Below, piece after piece: positions 27,854 through 36,961 of a stretch of DNA of 64,000 nucleotides. Under the pieces are notes generated by a model that saw nothing but the letters and a program-made list of their open reading frames with translations, had not been told where the DNA came from and did no database searches. Source of the stretch: an uncultured Bacilli bacterium. GTDB lineage: Bacteria; Bacillota_I; Bacilli_A; RFN20; CAG-826. The translations under genes and the position numbers were made by a program. The DNA is taken from contig CALVXK010000003.1 in NCBI GenBank assembly GCA_944369075.1, positions 30,876 through 94,875 of the forward strand. The letters run 5' to 3'. Positions within the stretch are counted from its first letter, which is position 1; every line of letters starts with the position of its first letter.

Positions 27854-29290
27854 ATGACTAAATTAGATTATTTAAAAGAAAAGATAAATATTGTTAATGA
27901 TAAACTTAAAGGAGCTTATGTAAATAAAATAAATGAATTATCTTCTTTAGATTATTTATTTACTTTTTCTAGACACTCCTTATCCCTTTTTATATCTTTA
28001 GTTTCTCAAAATCCTTTTTTTGAAGTTACTAATGAAATAAATAATAAAAGCACTCTTCAATCTATTTTTATCCAAACATTAAGAAATAAACTTTTAAATT
28101 CATGTTTTATTGAAGCAAGTTTAACAAATGAAGATTCAATTGTTGATTTTAAATTCATTAAAACAACCGATACTTACGATAAAATTGAATACCATCTCTT
28201 ATTTGAACTTTTTAAAGGAAACACAAATTTAATTTTATTAAATAAAGATAAGATAGAACTTGCATTTAGATACCATTCTTTAGAAACAAACCATCCTTTA
28301 ATACTAAACACAATCTATCTTCCACCAAAGAAAATTCATTTTCTTAAAGAAATAGACATTAATCAAGAATTAAATAAAGAAAAAGAATATATTTCTAACA
28401 TTAATTCTAAATATTTAAAGGAAAAATATGATTTTTTAATTTCTAAATTAAAACGAAAAAGAAAATCATTAGTTAACAAAGAAATTTCTTTAGAAAACGA
28501 TATAGCAAAAGCTAGTGAAAATTTAAAATATAAAGATTATGGTGATTATTTTTTAACCATCATGCATGAAATTAAAAAAAGGCAATCATCTTTTACCTAT
28601 GGAGGAAAAGAAATACCTTTAAAAGAAGGTTACTCTAAAAGCGATAATTTAATGTATCTATATAAAATTTATAAAAAAGCTAAAAACACTATTGCTTTAA
28701 CTTCGACTTTCTTAAAAGAAACAAAAGACGATATTTCTTACATTGATAACATTTTATCTTTAAAAGATATTTATAACGAAATAGATTATGAAGAACTTTT
28801 AAAGGAATTAAGTGAAAATCAAATTATTAAAATCAAAAATCTTAATATTTCTAAAACTAATAAGAATAATAAAAATAAAGAAATTAAAGCTATTAACCCA
28901 TATTTTGTTACCTATAATAACCATAAAATTGCGTATGGTAAAAATAATGTTCAAAACAATGAACTAACTTTCAAAAGAGCAAATAAAAATGATATATATC
29001 TTCATATTGCTAATACTCATGGTTCCCACGTGGTAATATTTTTAAACGATGATGATCGTCAAAATAATGATGTTGATGATAAAACACTTAATTTTGCTTT
29101 AAATCTTGTTTTATATCTGTCAAAGAAAAATGATGGAACAATCTATGTGGCAAAAATTAAAGATGTTAAAAAAGGACAAACACCTGGACTCGCAAATTTA
29201 ATTAAATATGAATCATATTTTATAAAAGCAAACATTGATTTAAAAGAAATCGAAAGTTTAGTTAAAAATGAAAAAAGATTACTTGATTAA
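27854..29290 (+). CDS. rqcH: RqcH / NFACT-family ribosome quality-control protein (FbpA-like)
   Basis: An NFACT-N-like N-terminus, a coiled-coil middle and an NFACT-R motif DIYLHIANTHGSHVVIF are present. The start is trimmed from the upstream TTG to the ATG at 27854. Confidence 0.75.
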   Translation: MTKLDYLKEKINIVNDKLKGAYVNKINELSSLDYLFTFSRHSLSLFISLVSQNPFFEVTNEINNKSTLQSIFIQTLRNKLLNSCFIEASLTNEDSIVDFKFIKTTDTYDKIEYHLLFELFKGNTNLILLNKDKIELAFRYHSLETNHPLILNTIYLPPKKIHFLKEIDINQELNKEKEYISNINSKYLKEKYDFLISKLKRKRKSLVNKEISLENDIAKASENLKYKDYGDYFLTIMHEIKKRQSSFTYGGKEIPLKEGYSKSDNLMYLYKIYKKAKNTIALTSTFLKETKDDISYIDNILSLKDIYNEIDYEELLKELSENQIIKIKNLNISKTNKNNKNKEIKAINPYFVTYNNHKIAYGKNNVQNNELTFKRANKNDIYLHIANTHGSHVVIFLNDDDRQNNDVDDKTLNFALNLVLYLSKKNDGTIYVAKIKDVKKGQTPGLANLIKYESYFIKANIDLKEIESLVKNEKRLLD

Positions 29291-29788
29291 GTAATCTTCA
29301 CCTTTAATAACTTCAGTAGTTGCAAGACCATAATAATTTACTTGTCTTAAAGCTTCATATAATACTATTGCTACACTATTTGAAAGATTTAAACTTCTTG
29401 CTGAAATAGCCATCGGAATTCTAATAGTAGAATCTAAATGTTCTTTTAAAACTTCTCTAGGAATTCCTGTTGATTCTCTTCCAAACATAAAAATATATTC
29501 TTCACTTGGATCATTAACTTTTATTGAGGAATAGACATTTTTTGAATATCTAGTTACATAAAATATCTTTTTATCTTTATAATCTTTTAAGAACTCTTCA
29601 TAAGAAGGATAAATTTTTATTTTTGCTAAATCTATATAATCCATTCCAGCTCTTTTTAAAGCTTTATCATCTAAAGTAAAAGATAAAGGACCAATAATAA
29701 CTAGACTAGATTCACTAGCATTACAAGTTCTAATAATATTTCCAACATTTGATGGTTTTTCTGGCTCGTATAAAACAATTTTAATCAT
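29279..29788 (-). CDS. trmL: SpoU/TrmL-type tRNA (cytidine/uridine34-2'-O)-methyltransferase
   Basis: 169 aa SPOUT fold with NVGNIIRT, FGRESTGIP and LNLSNSVAIVLYE motifs. Confidence 0.8.
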   Translation of the reverse strand: MIKIVLYEPEKPSNVGNIIRTCNASESSLVIIGPLSFTLDDKALKRAGMDYIDLAKIKIYPSYEEFLKDYKDKKIFYVTRYSKNVYSSIKVNDPSEEYIFMFGRESTGIPREVLKEHLDSTIRIPMAISARSLNLSNSVAIVLYEALRQVNYYGLATTEVIKGEDYLIK

Positions 29789-29838
29789 AACGTCAAAAAT
29801 TTTATCATTTAATTTTTATTTTTTGTATAATTATTTAC

Positions 29839-30666
29839 ATGGACCAAAACATTAAGACTTTATTTACTGAAATTACTAAAAAAGAAGCTCGCACTTCTCT
29901 TTTTTTAGAAGAAAGCATTTCTAACAATAATTATTTAATTAATGATGCTTATGTTTTAAGAATTCCTAAAATTAACCCAGAAAAAGCTACTAATTATGCT
30001 CACGAAAAAAACAATTATAAAGTATTAGAACCTCTTAAAATAAGCGAAAAACTTCTTTATTTAGACGAAATCCATGGTTATAAGGTTACAAAATTTATTC
30101 ATAACACTCGTTTCTATCAAGAAATTAATAACGAAGTTATGAATAATATTGCAAGATTATTAAAAAAACTTCATGGTTCAGGTATTAAAGTTCCTTATGG
30201 TTACCAACTTTTTAATCGTCTAAATAACTATAAAGAATTAATTGATCCAAAATACTATATTGCTGATGATTATGAGAAAAAAGTTGTTAAAAATGTTGAA
30301 AGAATTTTTAATAAGGAAGAGTTAACTTTCTGTCATAATGATCTTGTAAGAGGAAATCTATTATTTAGATTCAATACTACTTTTATCATTGATTGGGAAA
30401 ACGGATCAATGAACAATCCATTATTTGATCTTGCTTCTTTTATTAGCGAAAATAATTTAACATCTTCTCAAGAAGAATATTTCTTAAAAAAATATTTTGG
30501 ATATAAATATTCTTTATTAAAAAGAAAAAGAGTCGACATATTTGTCGAATTCCAAGATATATTATTTTATTATTGGGCTTTAGCTTACTTCTTTACAAGA
30601 AAAGAAGAAGTCTATCTTCGTATTGCTAAAGAAAAATTAGAAAGAATAACATCAAAATTACCTTAG
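29839..30666 (+). CDS. Choline/ethanolamine-kinase-like phosphotransferase (APH fold)
   Basis: The Brenner motif HNDLVRGNLL and the IDWENGSMNNPLFDLA motif are present. Confidence 0.7.
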   Translation: MDQNIKTLFTEITKKEARTSLFLEESISNNNYLINDAYVLRIPKINPEKATNYAHEKNNYKVLEPLKISEKLLYLDEIHGYKVTKFIHNTRFYQEINNEVMNNIARLLKKLHGSGIKVPYGYQLFNRLNNYKELIDPKYYIADDYEKKVVKNVERIFNKEELTFCHNDLVRGNLLFRFNTTFIIDWENGSMNNPLFDLASFISENNLTSSQEEYFLKKYFGYKYSLLKRKRVDIFVEFQDILFYYWALAYFFTRKEEVYLRIAKEKLERITSKLP

Positions 30667-30688
30667 GCATTCACCTAAGGTAATTTTA

Positions 30689-31222
30689 TTATTTATCATT
30701 TTCTTTAAATAATTCGATTGATTCTGTAATCAATCCAACAGCAAGATTTTCATCACCAACTTGTCCTACTGCTGTTTGTTTTCCTTCTAACACTTTATAA
30801 ACACTGAAAAAGTGAATAATTTCATCAACAAGATGTTTAGGTAAGTCATTTATAGAAGTAATTTGTGAGTAAAAAGGATCTTTAATAGGAACAGCTAAAA
30901 TCTTATCATCTCTTTTACCATTATCAAGCATTCTAATAACCCCAATTGGTCTAGCCATACAATAAGATAAAGGTAAAAATTCCTCACTAGAAATAACTAA
31001 AACATCCATTGGATCTCCATCATCACATAAAGTTAATGGAATATAACCATAGTTTTGAGGATAATGGGTTGAAGTATATAAAATTCTATCTAATCTTAAT
31101 AAACCTGTTTGTTTATCAATTTCATATTTATTTTTCATTCCTTTTGAAATTTCAATAAGGACAGGGAAGTGGTTTGCATCAAATTTTATACTTCTAAATC
31201 TTTCATCAGTTAAATTTACCAT
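30689..31222 (-). CDS. ppa: Inorganic pyrophosphatase, family I
   Basis: YGYIPLTLCDDGDPMDVLV and the surrounding family I pattern are present. Confidence 0.9.
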   Translation of the reverse strand: MVNLTDERFRSIKFDANHFPVLIEISKGMKNKYEIDKQTGLLRLDRILYTSTHYPQNYGYIPLTLCDDGDPMDVLVISSEEFLPLSYCMARPIGVIRMLDNGKRDDKILAVPIKDPFYSQITSINDLPKHLVDEIIHFFSVYKVLEGKQTAVGQVGDENLAVGLITESIELFKENDK

Positions 31223-31224
31223 AA

Positions 31225-32424
31225 TTAGTCTATCTTCTTTCTTACAAAGTTATCAAATTCGTTTACTTCTTCTAAAGTCTTAAACTTTGCCATAATATAG
31301 GAATCTCCCATATCATCACTTAATGCTCTAGGATAGTAGCCATATGTGGCAATGTTCATCTTATATTTAGCTAAAATCTCTTCTAAACTATGTTCATAAT
31401 GTCTTTCATTTCTTCTTGAAGAAGAAACAGCATAATATTTTTCATAGTCCATTTTTTGTCTATTTTCATCAAATGCCATTACATCTGCAAAAATGCGATA
31501 ACAATCAACAGAATTAGCATAATTTATTAGATCAGGGGTATACCCACCTGCAACTCTAAAATTAGCTTCAAGAGGAACAATGTCACCAATTCTTCCTAAA
31601 TAAGGATGATTTTGTCTTAATCTAAAGAATTCAAAATGGAAGAATCTTCTTTTAAGTCCGAATGCTTTTACCGCTTTTTCACCAATTTCTTTTAAGTCGT
31701 CTGGTACATGAGGTAAACAGCAATACATATCATCGCTTTTATTTAAGACAACATCAACTGTATTAACAGCGAAGAAGTGAGAAGTTTCAAATATAACATC
31801 ACCTTTTGAATTAGTTATACCATCAAATGAAATAATGCTTCCGTCAACATATTCTTCAAAAATATATTCTTTATCTTTAGGTAAAGACATGTAATAACTT
31901 TCAAGCTCAAATTCGTTATCAATCTTAAATGCACCTTGAGCGCCAACTCCGACGTTTGGCTTAACAAAGATAGGATAACCAACTTCATTAGCAAAAGCTT
32001 TTACTTCTTCTAAAGTTTTTGGAAGGCAATATCTTGCACACTTAAGTCCAGCTTTTTCATAAAATTGCTTTTGATTTGACTTTTTCATTCTAAATTCAAC
32101 TTCTTCTCTTGTAAAAGATGTTGTAACTCCAAAGTCATCTCTTAATCTAGCATCTTTTTGAAGCCAGTATTCGTTATTTGATTCAATATATTCAATAGGT
32201 CCGTATTTATCTCTAAAATAAGTTAATGCTCTTTTTTCGTTTTCATATTCATCCATAAAAGGGCAACAGTAATATTCGTTTAATGCGTATTGGCATTGAT
32301 TTGGGATTTCGTTATAAGGAGCATCCCCAACCCCTAAGACATTAAAACCATTCTCTTTTAAAGCCATACAAAATTTCCAGTATGAATCAGGAAAATGTGG
32401 TGAAATAAATACAAAATTTCTCAT
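31225..32424 (-). CDS. ATP-grasp domain protein of unknown substrate
   Basis: A pre-ATP-grasp Rossmann-like N-terminus, GYPIFVKPNVGVGAQG and an EEYVDG-type motif are present, in 399 aa. Confidence 0.6.
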   Translation of the reverse strand: MRNFVFISPHFPDSYWKFCMALKENGFNVLGVGDAPYNEIPNQCQYALNEYYCCPFMDEYENEKRALTYFRDKYGPIEYIESNNEYWLQKDARLRDDFGVTTSFTREEVEFRMKKSNQKQFYEKAGLKCARYCLPKTLEEVKAFANEVGYPIFVKPNVGVGAQGAFKIDNEFELESYYMSLPKDKEYIFEEYVDGSIISFDGITNSKGDVIFETSHFFAVNTVDVVLNKSDDMYCCLPHVPDDLKEIGEKAVKAFGLKRRFFHFEFFRLRQNHPYLGRIGDIVPLEANFRVAGGYTPDLINYANSVDCYRIFADVMAFDENRQKMDYEKYYAVSSSRRNERHYEHSLEEILAKYKMNIATYGYYPRALSDDMGDSYIMAKFKTLEEVNEFDNFVRKKID

Positions 32425-32639
32425 AAAAACCTCTCAAGCGATTATATTTTACACTCATTTTTAATTACGTGGTATTAATAAATAATTAAAATTGCTATAA
32501 ATATTGTATCAAGGATTAAAAATATTACGAAAATACTTTTTTACTTTTTTCTAGGTTTTAGATTATTAATCATATATAATATTTTCACTTGCGAAAATTT
32601 AAAATTAATAATTATTTTTTAATTAAGAAAGGAGGCAAA

Positions 32640-34292
32640 ATGAGCTTTACTTTAACTATCAACGACACTGAAACAAAGATATTTGAAAAAAGCATTAAAA
32701 TAATTGATTTAATTCCTAATAATGACCAAGATTTTGCTTATATTGCTGCTTTAGTTAATGGACGTATTAGAGAACTTGACTATTCCGTGCATTATGATGC
32801 AACAATCAAACTCTTAACTTTAAAAGATACTTTAGCAAATGGAATTTATGAAAGAGGCATTCGCTATTTATTTGCTATGGCTGTTTTTAATCTTTATAGA
32901 GATACTCAGTTTAGATTAAGTTATTCTATTTCTAGATCAATTTTTGCAAATAAAATTTGTGGAGACCTAAGAATAACTAATGACGTAGTTAGAAAAATTG
33001 AAAATGAGATGAAACGAATTGTTTCGTTAAATCTTCCTTTTGATCGCATAATAATTACTAATGAAGAAGCTACAAAATTATTTAAAGAACATAATTTAGA
33101 TGATAAACTTGCAACTTTAAAATATCGCCCAGAAAAGACGGTTCATTTATATAAAGTTGGTAATTATTTTAACTATATGTATGGAAAAATGGTTCCATCG
33201 ACTGGCTATTTAAAAGACTTTAAACTTCGTTATTATCATCCTGGAATTTTAATTCAATATCCAAGAAGTGAAACTAATGGTGAAATTCCACCATTTATTG
33301 ATGAGCCAATGTTCCAAGATACCTTAGAAGGAGCTAATGCCTGGTCAAGGCTTGTTCATTTATCAACAGTTGCTGATATTAATGAATATTCAGCCTTAAA
33401 AGAAGGAACTAATCTTATTAATGTTTGTGAAAATAAACATAATAGAATGTTAGTTCAAATAGGAGATAAAATTCAAAAAGATATCTCAAATATTAGACTT
33501 ATTTGCATTGCAGGCCCATCATCAAGTGGCAAAACTACTTTTGCTGATAGGTTAACTTTAGAATTAGTCTCAAGAGGAATAAATCCAATAAGAATTTCAA
33601 TTGATGACTACTATAAAAGAAGGGAAGAGGTTCCTCTTGATGAAGAAGGGAATAAAGATTTTGAAACTCTTGATGCTTTAGATATAGAAACATTTAATGA
33701 GAATATTTTATCTTTATTAGAGGGTGAAGAAGTTGCTCTACCAACATATGATTTCAAAACAAATTCTAGACATTATGATAGAAAAGTTAAAATTGGGCCT
33801 CATGATCCAATTGTAATTGAAGGAATTCATGCTTTAAATGAAGATTTAACACCACTTATTCCAAAACAAATTAAATATAAAATTTATATTTCTCCTCAAG
33901 CTCAAATTAATCTAGATAACGTTAATCCGATATCTTTAACCGATATTAGATTAATAAGAAGAATCGTTAGAGATGCAAAATATCGTAATGCGAACGCCGA
34001 AGAAACAATTTCTATGTGGCCTAGCGTTAGAAGAGGAGAATTTAAATGGATTTATAAAACTCAACAAGATGCAGATTTTGTATTTGATTCCTTCTTAAAT
34101 TATGAACTATGTGTTATGAAAAAATATGCAATGCCATTACTAGAAAAAATAGATAAAGATGGAAAATATGGTACAGATGCTGCAAGATTAATTAAATTAT
34201 TAAAATATTTTGTTGATATCGATGAAAAATATATACCATGTAATTCTATATTAAAAGAATTTATTGGTGGGTCTTCTTACCGCGATGTTTAG
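32640..34292 (+). CDS. Uridine-kinase-family nucleoside kinase with an N-terminal ThrRS/TGS-like domain
   Basis: The Walker A IAGPSSSGKTTFA lies in the C-terminal PRK-type kinase half, behind an N-terminal extension of about 290 aa. The start is at the ATG at 32640, behind AAGGAGG. Confidence 0.7.
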   Translation: MSFTLTINDTETKIFEKSIKIIDLIPNNDQDFAYIAALVNGRIRELDYSVHYDATIKLLTLKDTLANGIYERGIRYLFAMAVFNLYRDTQFRLSYSISRSIFANKICGDLRITNDVVRKIENEMKRIVSLNLPFDRIIITNEEATKLFKEHNLDDKLATLKYRPEKTVHLYKVGNYFNYMYGKMVPSTGYLKDFKLRYYHPGILIQYPRSETNGEIPPFIDEPMFQDTLEGANAWSRLVHLSTVADINEYSALKEGTNLINVCENKHNRMLVQIGDKIQKDISNIRLICIAGPSSSGKTTFADRLTLELVSRGINPIRISIDDYYKRREEVPLDEEGNKDFETLDALDIETFNENILSLLEGEEVALPTYDFKTNSRHYDRKVKIGPHDPIVIEGIHALNEDLTPLIPKQIKYKIYISPQAQINLDNVNPISLTDIRLIRRIVRDAKYRNANAEETISMWPSVRRGEFKWIYKTQQDADFVFDSFLNYELCVMKKYAMPLLEKIDKDGKYGTDAARLIKLLKYFVDIDEKYIPCNSILKEFIGGSSYRDV

Positions 34293-34306
34293 AAAAAAAT
34301 CCAGCT

Positions 34307-35470
34307 CTACTTAGGGTTGGATTTTTCATTATTTTTAGTTTGTCTTACTTTATATTTTGTAATAAAGTTTTGATTTGTATCATTATAAAGAGCAATTAAT
34401 TCACTTAAATAGACTTTCCTTATGTTTGAATAAGAGGCGATTTCTTCTTTTGAACCTACACGTGTATATAGTTTTGCAAAAATGTTTTCAAGTCTAAAGA
34501 AAGTATCGTATAAATTTAAATTTGCTAAAGTTGAATAATATTCTCTATTGGAATAAATTAAAAACGGTGATGAATGGGCAATTTCACTAGCGAGTTCATA
34601 AACTTTCGAATATCTTTTTAAATTAGCTAATGTTTCAACACCATCTCTAAAATTAAGTTTATAGTCAACATTAAATTCTTTATCTTTTACTGAAAAAAGA
34701 TATCCATATTCGATAAATTTTTTCATATTACAAGATCTAAGCCCTTTTTCTTTTATATGAGCTTTAATTTCTTGAAATAGATCATCAATCCTTTTTTCAT
34801 CATTAATTTGATGTCTAAAAGCCAAAGCATATTCAATATGTTTAAAGTATGCATCAAAAACTTCTTTTCCATATGTTGTTAAAACAATGAGTAAACACTC
34901 ATTTTCGTGTAAAGTTCTCCAAGTTGAAAAAGCTTCGACATCAAAACCAGAAATTAATAAATTTATAATACATTGTGATAAATTAAACGAATTTTTTAAC
35001 AAATCTTTTACTAAATTATCGTATTTATTTAACTTAATCTTATCTCTATTTAAAATAGTTAGGCAAAAATTTAAATATAGATTAATTGTAGAAATTTTTG
35101 GATTAAATTTATTTAGAAAAACTTTCGATTTTACATTTAATTGTTCGTTTGTTAAATATTTGTCGCAACAAATAGACGAAATAAAAGATACAAAATTATC
35201 ATCTTGAAATATTTTTGAATACTCTTCTACTTTTGTCTTATGTGAATGGACATAAAAACCAAATTCATTAACAATATAAAGTATAACAATTAATGGATTA
35301 ACAAAGTTAAAGTCTTTAAATTCGGCCTTATTTAAAACTTCTTCGATTCCCGAAGAAACAAAAGTATAAACTTCATATAATTCTTTATAAATATCAAGAA
35401 TTGATTTTGGTGAATTCAAACGCTCTAAAATATTTTTAAATTCTTGTTCGTTAATTGTTATTACTTTCAT
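34307..35470 (-). CDS. Hypothetical protein (possibly DUF5677-like helical protein)
   Basis: 387 aa and helical by composition, with no catalytic motif recognised. The ATG lies 1 nt after the glpK stop (TAAaATG), so it is co-transcribed with the glycerol operon. Confidence 0.5.
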   Translation of the reverse strand: MKVITINEQEFKNILERLNSPKSILDIYKELYEVYTFVSSGIEEVLNKAEFKDFNFVNPLIVILYIVNEFGFYVHSHKTKVEEYSKIFQDDNFVSFISSICCDKYLTNEQLNVKSKVFLNKFNPKISTINLYLNFCLTILNRDKIKLNKYDNLVKDLLKNSFNLSQCIINLLISGFDVEAFSTWRTLHENECLLIVLTTYGKEVFDAYFKHIEYALAFRHQINDEKRIDDLFQEIKAHIKEKGLRSCNMKKFIEYGYLFSVKDKEFNVDYKLNFRDGVETLANLKRYSKVYELASEIAHSSPFLIYSNREYYSTLANLNLYDTFFRLENIFAKLYTRVGSKEEIASYSNIRKVYLSELIALYNDTNQNFITKYKVRQTKNNEKSNPK

Positions 35471-35471
35471 T

Positions 35472-36947
35472 TTATTTAAATACCCTGGTTGCCTCGACCG
35501 CCTTTTTCCATTTTTTTGTTATTTCTGATACTTCCTTTTCATCTAAAGAAGGGAAATATTTTTTATTAATTTTATGCACTTTAGAAATTTCTTCAATATC
35601 TTTCCAAAATCCTGACTCTAAACCTGCTAAATAAGCTGCTCCTAAAGAAGTTGTCTCTAGATTTTTAGGTAAATCTACCTCACTATTTAAAATATCTGAT
35701 TGGAACTGCATTAAATATGAATTTTCGCTAGCTCCTCCATCAACGCGAAGTATTTCAATTTTCTTCTTTGTTACTTTACTCATTTCATCTATAACATCTT
35801 TAGTTTGTAAAGCAATAGAATTTAAAGTTGCTCTAATAAAGTGCTCTTTTTTCGTTCCACGTGTTAAACCAAAAATTGCCCCTCTACAATCATCATCCCA
35901 ATAAGGTGCACCTAACCCTGTAAAAGCCGGGACTACATATACTCCTAATGTATCATTAACTCTTCTAGCATAATTTTCACTTTCAGCAGCACTTTTAATC
36001 ATTCTCATTTGATCTCTAAGCCATTGAATCGAAGCTCCTGCAACAAAAACGCTACCTTCAATAGCATAAGCTACCTTATCTTTTATCTTCCATGCAATAG
36101 TTGTAATCAATCCGTTTTTATCTATAATTGGTTTTTCTCCAATATTCATTAAAACGAAACAACCTGTACCATATGTTGATTTAACATCTCCTTCATGAAT
36201 ACAATTTTGTCCAAATAAAGCAGCTTGTTGATCTCCAGCAACGCCACATATTTTTAAATCATCGCTCAAAAAAGATGCATTTCCAAAATAATAAGATGAT
36301 GGGCAAACTTCAGGAAGCATACATTTTGGAATATTAAACAGTTTTAATAAATCATCTTCCCATTTTAAAGTATGGATATTAAATAGCATTGTTCTAGAAG
36401 CATTAGTGACATCTGTTTTAAAAATTTTGTGTCTAGAAATTTTATACATTATCCAGGTATCGATTGTCCCAAAAAGTAATTCGCCTTTTTCAGCTCTTTC
36501 TTGGCCGTTTTCTATATGGTCAAGAATAAATCTTATCTTTGACGCACTAAAATAAGGATTAATAATTAAGCCAGTTTTTTCTTTTACAAAATCAGTTTTA
36601 TCTTTTATAGCATCACAAATATAGGCACTTTGTCTTGATTGCCAAACTAAGGCATTATATACTGGCATACCTGTTTTTTTATCGAATATAATCGTAGTTT
36701 CCCTTTGATTTGAAAGCCCAATTGAATCAATATTTTCAAATGTAAAATTTGTTCTAACTAGTAAATCATTAATTACATTTAAAACCGAAACAAAAACTTC
36801 ATTAGCATCTTGTTCTACCCAACCATCAAATGGAAAAAGACATTTAACTTCTTGTTGAGCCTTAGCTACAATATTTCCTTCTTTGTCAACTAAAGAAGCT
36901 CTAGTTGATGTTGTTCCTTGATCTATTGCCAATATAAATTTTTCCAT
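35472..36947 (-). CDS. glpK: Glycerol kinase
   Basis: AIDQGTTSTR and an FGGY-family pattern are present. The start is at the ATG at 36947, behind AAGGTGA. Confidence 0.95.
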   Translation of the reverse strand: MEKFILAIDQGTTSTRASLVDKEGNIVAKAQQEVKCLFPFDGWVEQDANEVFVSVLNVINDLLVRTNFTFENIDSIGLSNQRETTIIFDKKTGMPVYNALVWQSRQSAYICDAIKDKTDFVKEKTGLIINPYFSASKIRFILDHIENGQERAEKGELLFGTIDTWIMYKISRHKIFKTDVTNASRTMLFNIHTLKWEDDLLKLFNIPKCMLPEVCPSSYYFGNASFLSDDLKICGVAGDQQAALFGQNCIHEGDVKSTYGTGCFVLMNIGEKPIIDKNGLITTIAWKIKDKVAYAIEGSVFVAGASIQWLRDQMRMIKSAAESENYARRVNDTLGVYVVPAFTGLGAPYWDDDCRGAIFGLTRGTKKEHFIRATLNSIALQTKDVIDEMSKVTKKKIEILRVDGGASENSYLMQFQSDILNSEVDLPKNLETTSLGAAYLAGLESGFWKDIEEISKVHKINKKYFPSLDEKEVSEITKKWKKAVEATRVFK

Positions 36948-36961
36948 AATAATCACCTTTA

